NCBI GenBank assembly: GCA_043824495.1
Contig: JBDRSV010000015.1
Span: forward strand, 32,979-96,978
DNA: 64,000 nucleotides
DNA from: Candidatus Aenigmatarchaeota archaeon
GTDB taxonomy: Archaea; Aenigmatarchaeota; Aenigmatarchaeia; QMZP01
Direction: 5' to 3'
Below, one piece after another: positions 57,689 through 64,000 of this stretch. A program made the translations under genes and the position numbers. Within the stretch, counting starts at the first letter, position 1. The number at the start of each line of letters is the position of its first letter. A model generated the notes under the pieces. It was not told the DNA's origin, did no database searches, and worked only from the letters and a program-made list of their open reading frames with translations.

Positions 57689-58542
57689 TAGGCCACACCC
57701 TTCCTTTCCATGTACCATCTAAGTATTGATGCGTTTAGTAACCAAGTAATTATAATGTCTACTATAAGACCTATCAATAATACAGAAGCGATCTGAGCAA
57801 GTAGTGGAGAAATACCAAATATTAGGAGTGTAGTTAGGGCCCCAATACTTGTGACTGACATTGTAAGGCCTGTTTTCAATGTTTTTACGACTCTTTCTCT
57901 AAGAGTTCCAGTTCCTTTAAGCATCCTAGTCGTTAGAAGTATGTCTGTATCAACTGAATACCCTATAATCATAAGAAGTGCAGCGAATCCTGCAAGAGAT
58001 AAATCTATGTGAAAAACCTGCATTATAGCAAGTGTTATGATAATATCAGATACAGCTGATATAATCACAGCCATAGAAGGAACAAAGGTTCTGAATATGA
58101 ACATCACTATTATACCCATGAAAATGAAAGCTATTACTAATCCGATTTGAGCTTGATACCAGAAAATGTCTCCTAAAGAAGATCCAATTGTAGCTACAGA
58201 AAATTGACCTGTATCTATACCAAAATTTTCTATCTCTACTAAAACAGCATCTGTATCCACGTTCTCTTCAACACCGATCAATAAGCTACGACCTGATAAT
58301 CCACTTAATTCTCTGAAAGAAACTGAACCGAAGTTGTTTGTTAAAACGGATTCCAGTCCATTTGTATTATCGTTATCATTCAATCCTATGTTTATCAGTG
58401 TTCCGCCCTTGAGTTCTATGGATCTCTCAAACCATTCACCTGTCTGATTATAGTTGTTCACAAGTATACCCACAGACACGAGGAGTAATATTATTGGGAT
58501 TACCAAAAGGGGCTTATAGTTAAAACTTTTTCTTTCCGACAT
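57688..58542 (-). CDS. secF: Protein translocase subunit SecF
   Basis: SIELKGGT and IIGYSVDTDILLTTR. Confidence 0.88.
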   Translation of the reverse strand: MSERKSFNYKPLLVIPIILLLVSVGILVNNYNQTGEWFERSIELKGGTLINIGLNDNDNTNGLESVLTNNFGSVSFRELSGLSGRSLLIGVEENVDTDAVLVEIENFGIDTGQFSVATIGSSLGDIFWYQAQIGLVIAFIFMGIIVMFIFRTFVPSMAVIISAVSDIIITLAIMQVFHIDLSLAGFAALLMIIGYSVDTDILLTTRMLKGTGTLRERVVKTLKTGLTMSVTSIGALTTLLIFGISPLLAQIASVLLIGLIVDIIITWLLNASILRWYMERKGVA

Positions 58543-58631
58543 TTGTGCTCCTAAGATTCTTGTTATAGACTATGGGGAATATGTTTTTAAGTATAATTAT
58601 CGATCAGTTTCATAAATATGTGTGTGATTTT

Positions 58632-59672
58632 ATGTACGATATAGCCATAGTAGGCGCTGGTCCGGTAGGACTCTATGCAGCTAAATTATTAGAGAGAAAT
58701 TTAAAGGTTTTGGTCCTAGAGGATCACAAAATCATAGGCATGAAAGCATGCTCTGGATTATACTCAAATAAACTCAGCAGTTTTGTTGATATTAAGAAGA
58801 GCTGGATAGAACATCACGTGAAAGGAGCTAGATTCCACTCAACTGAAGTTGAGATTAAGCTGAGGAAATCAAGAGCCACAGCTAGTGTAATGGATAGGGA
58901 CAAGTTCGCACAAGATCTAGCAAAGCAGATAAAATCTACTATTCTTTTTCAAACAAAAGTCACCAGCATACACATTACAGACGATTATGTAGAAATAAAC
59001 ACAAACAATCCTAAAAGAAAGCGAATACAAGCTAAGATGATTCTTGGATGTGACGGAGCAAACTCTATTGTTAGAAAGCATTTTGGTGTAAAACCTAAAG
59101 AAATAGTGAATGGTTTAATCGCTATAACAAAAGAGAAAAACAAGGATGATATGGTTGACCTATGGTTTGATAAAACCAAGATCAAGGACGGATTCTTCTG
59201 GAAAATACCTAGAGGTAAAACAACAGAATATGGCGCTCTAGGAAACAAAGTTACATTCAAACAACTTGAAGATTACTTCAATCTTAAGGAATATGAAAAA
59301 CACGCAGCATTTATACCAACAGGGCCTTGTAAAACATATTTTAATAGAACATTACTTCTTGGCGATGCAGCTGGTATAACCAAGCCTTGGAGCTTTGGTG
59401 GAGTCATTTATGGTTTCACCTGTGCAAAAATCGCCAACAAAGTGATCTCAAAAGCCTTCAAGACAGGAAATTTTTCCGAGAAATCCCTTAAAGAGTATGA
59501 GACCCTTTGGCGACAAGCTATAGGAAACAGTATCACCTTAGGTATGCTCTCGAGGGGATTGTTCAAAAAAATGGGTAACCGCACGCTCAACTTAATTTTC
59601 GGTCGACTAAAAAAGGTCAAAAGATTGAATAAACTAGACATGGATCTTCCATCACTAGATATATTCAAATAG
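58632..59672 (+). CDS. Geranylgeranyl reductase-family FAD oxidoreductase
   Basis: MYDIAIVGAGPVG, ACSGL, GCDGANS, FFWKIP and LLGDAAG. Confidence 0.85.
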   Translation: MYDIAIVGAGPVGLYAAKLLERNLKVLVLEDHKIIGMKACSGLYSNKLSSFVDIKKSWIEHHVKGARFHSTEVEIKLRKSRATASVMDRDKFAQDLAKQIKSTILFQTKVTSIHITDDYVEINTNNPKRKRIQAKMILGCDGANSIVRKHFGVKPKEIVNGLIAITKEKNKDDMVDLWFDKTKIKDGFFWKIPRGKTTEYGALGNKVTFKQLEDYFNLKEYEKHAAFIPTGPCKTYFNRTLLLGDAAGITKPWSFGGVIYGFTCAKIANKVISKAFKTGNFSEKSLKEYETLWRQAIGNSITLGMLSRGLFKKMGNRTLNLIFGRLKKVKRLNKLDMDLPSLDIFK

Positions 59673-60831
59673 ATTCTGTCTCTTCTTCATATTCTTCGTA
59701 AATCACTTCTCTTCTTGTAGGGTTTTTGAGTCTTTTTCTTTTTCTAATCTCTTGTATTCGCGGGTGAGATGTATAATCAAATATCAAAAACATCTCTCCC
59801 AGAGACATTAAGAACATTCCTATGAAAACAGCCACGTACGGTGTATAGTGATTTGGAATGGCCAAAAGCATATCAAGAGATCCCAATATAATAGCAAGTC
59901 CTAGAATAACATATGCAAAATTCTTCTCTGGAAAGCGCTTGAGTAGGAGGAAAGTGAGACCGAAAGGAATTATAAACAAGAACCCACTTTCTGCAAGTAT
60001 CATTTCCTGCACAGGCAGAGCGCAACTAAGCTCTGTATAAGGGCCTGGGAATGCTGGTGGTATGTTCATGAGAACTATTCCACCCTCACATCCAAACAAG
60101 TAGCCGATAAAGAGATGACCTAGTTCATGGAGAGCAATGCCAGCAAGTATTAGTGCTATGTTTAGCGTTACTATATATATCATAAGATAACCAAAGGATT
60201 TCCAGACTCCTCTTATCTCTTTACGATTTCTGAAGAAACCAAATTTATATGGCCTCACAAGATGATCAAATTCTAAACCAAATTTTATGAAGTAGAGTAG
60301 AGACACTATCAGGAATATCTCTGAAAAGAATGTGGTAGACAGCATACTATTGAAGCCCACGAATATCAACAATGCGACATTAATTATAACAAAAGCTAAT
60401 CCAAATAATCCAGCGTGTCTTATGCGCCTAGTTGAGAGCAAGAACAATATAAAGAATGCCATTCCCATGACATACGAAGCTAAGATGAAAGTGAGAACTT
60501 CCCATGGGAAATTGAAGAAGAATGAGATTACAGGAACAATTAGAATCGATAACAAGTAGTTAAGTCTCCCCATATCAGATATTCTAGATATTAAAAGTGT
60601 TATCATAACTGCTAGGAAAAGGACATGAATCGCTTTAAGTTGTACTATTAAAGGGAACCCAAATCCTACGAAATCCATGAAAACAGCATAGCTGCTAAAG
60701 AGAAATGAAAGTCCTATAAGAAGTATGTATAGACTCGATCTAAAATCCTGTTTTTTTCTCTGAAGAAATATGATTTGACATACGATGAAGATACCAATTC
60801 CTGTAATGGATGTGAGGAATGCTAAGACCAT
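59665..60831 (-). CDS. Polytopic membrane protein with a C-terminal M50-like HExxH segment
   Basis: About 11 hydrophobic helices; IALHELGHLFIG. Confidence 0.6.
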   Translation of the reverse strand: MVLAFLTSITGIGIFIVCQIIFLQRKKQDFRSSLYILLIGLSFLFSSYAVFMDFVGFGFPLIVQLKAIHVLFLAVMITLLISRISDMGRLNYLLSILIVPVISFFFNFPWEVLTFILASYVMGMAFFILFLLSTRRIRHAGLFGLAFVIINVALLIFVGFNSMLSTTFFSEIFLIVSLLYFIKFGLEFDHLVRPYKFGFFRNRKEIRGVWKSFGYLMIYIVTLNIALILAGIALHELGHLFIGYLFGCEGGIVLMNIPPAFPGPYTELSCALPVQEMILAESGFLFIIPFGLTFLLLKRFPEKNFAYVILGLAIILGSLDMLLAIPNHYTPYVAVFIGMFLMSLGEMFLIFDYTSHPRIQEIRKRKRLKNPTRREVIYEEYEEETESI

Positions 60832-60832
60832 A

Positions 60833-61654
60833 TCATGAATCTCTTATTGACTTTATTAGATCTTTATGAATATTATCTATTCTGGTTTCAAGTCTCTGTA
60901 CATCGCTTCCCATTCTCTCAATTTCTTCCATTGAATAGAAAAGTTCACTATTAGATTTCTCTATTGTGTCAGTCAGTCTTTGTAATGTCTGTGAAATAGC
61001 TCTGAATTCTCCAGCAAATGAAGAGAGCATTCTTTCCATTTCTTCTCTAACCTTTGATGGAACTACATTATTAACTAGCTCATTACTGTTGTTGATTAGC
61101 TCTTCTAGTTCTTTTAGTGATCGTGAACCGAAGACTATCTTCATAGAAGATATAGATTCCTGCATATCGTTTAATCTTTTTTCTAATCGGGTTTCTGTTG
61201 CTATTCTAGCATCTTCTTGGTCCTTTGTTTCCACTATATCTTGTGCAAAACCACCAAAAAGACCCGGTTTTTTCTTTTCCTTTTCAGGCTCTTCTTTCTT
61301 CCCTGCACCTTCCATTCTAGCGAGTCTAATCTCAAAATCATTAATTTTTTCCAAAGCTTTCAGCTTCTCTTCAAACGGCTTCAAAAGCTCTGAAGTTACT
61401 TGACCTATTCTCTCGTCATGCGCTTTTGATGGGGTTTCCATCTTCTTTCCGAGGGTTTTTATGCTTCTCTTCATCTCCTCTACATATTCTTTCATGTCAC
61501 CATGTGCTTCTTTCAAATTCTCTCCCTTTTCAGGCTTAGGCTTCTTTTTTGTAGCTATTTCTAGAACTTGACCCAAGTTCTTTATCTTGGATTCTAGCTT
61601 CTTTTTATCTTGCTGAAGCTTTTCTATCAACTCTTCCTTGCTTTGTTCCACCAT
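60833..61654 (-). CDS. Coiled-coil protein
   Basis: Charged heptad-rich sequence throughout. Confidence 0.65.
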   Translation of the reverse strand: MVEQSKEELIEKLQQDKKKLESKIKNLGQVLEIATKKKPKPEKGENLKEAHGDMKEYVEEMKRSIKTLGKKMETPSKAHDERIGQVTSELLKPFEEKLKALEKINDFEIRLARMEGAGKKEEPEKEKKKPGLFGGFAQDIVETKDQEDARIATETRLEKRLNDMQESISSMKIVFGSRSLKELEELINNSNELVNNVVPSKVREEMERMLSSFAGEFRAISQTLQRLTDTIEKSNSELFYSMEEIERMGSDVQRLETRIDNIHKDLIKSIRDS

Positions 61655-61916
61655 TATCTATCACTGATTTTCTCGATTTTCTTGATTTCTTCAGTTCTTC
61701 TGTTAGTTTTTCTAGTACCGCAGATCTCTTATTTGCTGCTCTCTCGAGTTTTTTTGCTTTGGATTTTATGTCTTTAAGCTCAAAATAAACATTCGTGTGT
61801 TCAGGGTAAGACACAAAGTGTTGCTCTATCTGTGGCTTTCCCTTTATATCGTCTACACTACTCCTTATTTTGTCTGCTATTGAACTTAGTTTTTTAGGAG
61901 ATATTTTTTTGATCAT
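61605..61916 (-). CDS. Hypothetical protein
   Basis: Co-oriented with and overlapping its neighbours in the MinD operon. Confidence 0.55.
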   Translation of the reverse strand: MIKKISPKKLSSIADKIRSSVDDIKGKPQIEQHFVSYPEHTNVYFELKDIKSKAKKLERAANKRSAVLEKLTEELKKSRKSRKSVIDNGGTKQGRVDRKASAR

Positions 61917-62634
61917 GATCTTGACTCATTATATATTCTGCAACTTTAGCTATGCTCTTACTTGCTTTTGATCTATGTTTATAGAAGGTTACAGGGAGTC
62001 TTTTGTTCAAGCTATGTAAAACAGCCCTATCCATAGGCACTGATGCTATTATAGGAAGCTTCACCAAATTAGCTATATATTTTGGGTTTAACTCATACCT
62101 CTTCTTTTGAACCATGTTTAAAACCACACCATTAGGCTTTATGGAAAGATTTTTGACAATTTCATTACACTTCACCACGTCCATCACAGGTGGCAGGTAA
62201 GGTGTTGTTATATATATTACCTCATCTGCTGCACGAATACCAGCTATTGCTTCTCTTCCTAAACCTGGAGCACAATCTAAAAGAACATAATCATATTCCT
62301 CGAAGACCTCTTTATGGTCCTTCTTTATCACATTATATATCTCTGAGACATCTATCCCCTCTAAGTCCTTTAATCTAATTGAAGATGGAATCACATCGAA
62401 GCCTGATGTGTGCTTATATAAGGCCTCATGAGGATGAGCTCTCTTTGTTAGAACATGATTGAGTGTTATCGGTGTATTTTCTATACCAACATAGAGACCT
62501 AAATGAGGAGTTGTGACATTGCAATCCATAACTAGTGTTTTCTTGCCAAAAGCTGCTAAAACAACACCCAAAGCCCCTGCTATAGTAGTCTTGCCAACTC
62601 CGCCTTTTCCTGAAGCCAGTGAAATTATTCTCAT
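61894..62634 (-). CDS. minD: MinD/ParA-family ATPase
   Basis: Deviant Walker A SGKGGVGKTT, LDCAPGLG and GVVLN. Confidence 0.85.
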   Translation of the reverse strand: MRIISLASGKGGVGKTTIAGALGVVLAAFGKKTLVMDCNVTTPHLGLYVGIENTPITLNHVLTKRAHPHEALYKHTSGFDVIPSSIRLKDLEGIDVSEIYNVIKKDHKEVFEEYDYVLLDCAPGLGREAIAGIRAADEVIYITTPYLPPVMDVVKCNEIVKNLSIKPNGVVLNMVQKKRYELNPKYIANLVKLPIIASVPMDRAVLHSLNKRLPVTFYKHRSKASKSIAKVAEYIMSQDHDQKNIS

Positions 62635-62640
62635 ATAAAC

Positions 62641-63309
62641 TCACTTATAGTATATTTTTGGTAAAGGAGATAAAACCTTAACCAACTCTCTCTCATCCTT
62701 AATCAATTTTGGCAAATCTGGAGCTTTGTAAATATGCGGTATTATACTTTTGGCGTAATGGTATAAATCTCTCTCTAGAGAGAAGGCTGTTATAGTATCC
62801 ATAATCCTTATCACAATATCAGCATTGGAGTTTTTGCAAAAAGGTACTATATTAAGTATGAGCATAACCAAGAAAATGTCATTGAATATACTGAAGCCAA
62901 CTTTCCGCATGGTCTGTGTGCTGTTTTTATATAGAATTTTTATGTTGCTGAGCTTGAAGAAGAGAGACTGATTTTTCTCCATGAAAGTGTGTATCTTAGG
63001 CCAAGATTCTATCACAAAGAGGTTAGGCGACCATCCCTCACTATTAATGTCTTTGTGTTGTGTAACCATATACTCTGCCACCCAGTCAAATTTTGCAATT
63101 AACTTATTTTTCTCTTTTGCCAAATATCCTGACTCAATCATCTCTTTAAATAGAGGTTTTCTCAAACCAGACTCTTTGTGGTATAAATGATTGGACTTTA
63201 TACCCCATTCTTTCTGAATTCTGAACAATGATACCCCATCTACGAACTCTGCACAAGTTAACCAAATTAACCAGAAATTTCTATAATCTGTCAGTTTTTT
63301 TAGCTTCAT
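62641..63309 (-). CDS. Hypothetical protein (possible N-terminal wHTH)
   Basis: 222-aa ORF heading the MinD operon. Confidence 0.6.
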   Translation of the reverse strand: MKLKKLTDYRNFWLIWLTCAEFVDGVSLFRIQKEWGIKSNHLYHKESGLRKPLFKEMIESGYLAKEKNKLIAKFDWVAEYMVTQHKDINSEGWSPNLFVIESWPKIHTFMEKNQSLFFKLSNIKILYKNSTQTMRKVGFSIFNDIFLVMLILNIVPFCKNSNADIVIRIMDTITAFSLERDLYHYAKSIIPHIYKAPDLPKLIKDERELVKVLSPLPKIYYK

Positions 63310-63727
63310 ACCGATTTTTTCACTCCCTTTGGGCCCTTTGACACCGGTTTTGAGTCATTCTAGTCATTTTCTGCTCAAAACAGCACCCTGTAATACATGT
63401 TTTGAAAAGTGCATTTTTTCCTTGTAGTAGTATACAACAATCCATTTGGGCGTTTTTGATAGATATCTAGCCTTATTTATTATATATGGTATATCACTAA
63501 TATAAAATTGAACTTTTTTCAGATTTTGAGGGTAAAAAGGGCCCCATTTCGTACTTAGACAAGTTTCATTGGAATGAAAAAATCTAAGGCAAAATTCATA
63601 GTATATGTATACCATACAAGATAACAGAACTCTCCCTCATAAAATGTCCATATATAGCATGTATAAACATATATAAGGGAATGCCCGACAATAATAAAGT
63701 ACAAGCAGATAAGCAGGGGGGACAAAA

Positions 63728-64000
63728 ATGAATATATCGAAGGGGAGATTTGTAATTTATTCCGTGGTAGTTCTAGCCTTTTTAGTTTTACTATCATTTC
63801 AGTCATTCCAAGAGGTTAATGCCGCATTCGATAATGTAACTGTAGTAGTTAACATCACTGAGTTCTCCGAAATCACAGTTACTCCTACTAATGTTTCTTG
63901 GTTCACTTTGATTCCTGGTTCTAACGGAGTTACAAAATTCTTAACCATAACCAATACAGGATCTGCTAACCTAACTGATACATATGTATACACAGAATCT
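63728..64000 (+). CDS. 5' part of a secreted surface protein, running off the window (absent from the ORF track)
   Basis: Hand translation MNISKGRFVIYSVVVLAFLVLLSFQSFQEVNAAFDNVTVVVNITEFSEITVTPTNVSW...; signal peptide and sequons; no stop before 64000. Confidence 0.75.
   Translation, partial: MNISKGRFVIYSVVVLAFLVLLSFQSFQEVNAAFDNVTVVVNITEFSEITVTPTNVSWFTLIPGSNGVTKFLTITNTGSANLTDTYVYTES

Noticed and set aside
63310-63727. Long AT-rich intergenic region as a replication origin
   Set aside because: No convincing ORB repeats and no adjacent cdc6/orc1; better explained as a divergent promoter region.
63799-63993. Minus-strand ORF from the supplied track
   Set aside because: Shadow of the plus-strand signal-peptide gene starting at 63728; the many other short antisense ORFs in the track were dismissed likewise.
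1-64000. CRISPR array, rRNA or complete tRNA genes
   Set aside because: No regularly spaced repeats, rRNA-like tracts or full cloverleafs were found by eye; a tRNAscan-SE/Infernal run would be needed to exclude split or intron-containing tRNAs.

Overview
AT-rich archaeal chromosomal segment. Its gene content and style suggest a DPANN-type archaeon, possibly Aenigmatarchaeota; this is inference and no taxonomic marker was searched. Housekeeping genes include aspS, PCNA, an RPA-like small subunit, nth, TatD, MTAP, 7S SRP RNA, a short-armed SMC, dcd, uL16/L10e, TBP, RtcA, a beta-CASP nuclease, Dph2, class II HMG-CoA reductase, PMM/PGM, Rpo11, secF-secD and MinD. Two accessory regions stand out. 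(1) At 9.4-18.4 kb, a secreted Zn-metalloprotease gene is followed by two progressively 5'-truncated copies of itself. Each of the three is paired with a divergent small membrane-anchored PepSY-like protein, and the cluster ends in a secreted protein with three tandem phage tail-fibre-like repeats. (2) At 28.3-36.4 kb, a tyrosine-integrase element sits directly after the uL16 stop codon and is marked by three copies of a 10-bp GC-rich repeat. Other oddities are a MtrA-like/thymidylate-synthase fusion lacking the catalytic Cys, a UGAC loop in SRP helix 8, a HAD-YvcK fusion and a PDZ-containing SecD. No rRNA, complete tRNA or CRISPR array was seen. All family calls come from motif recognition by eye; no database searches were run.
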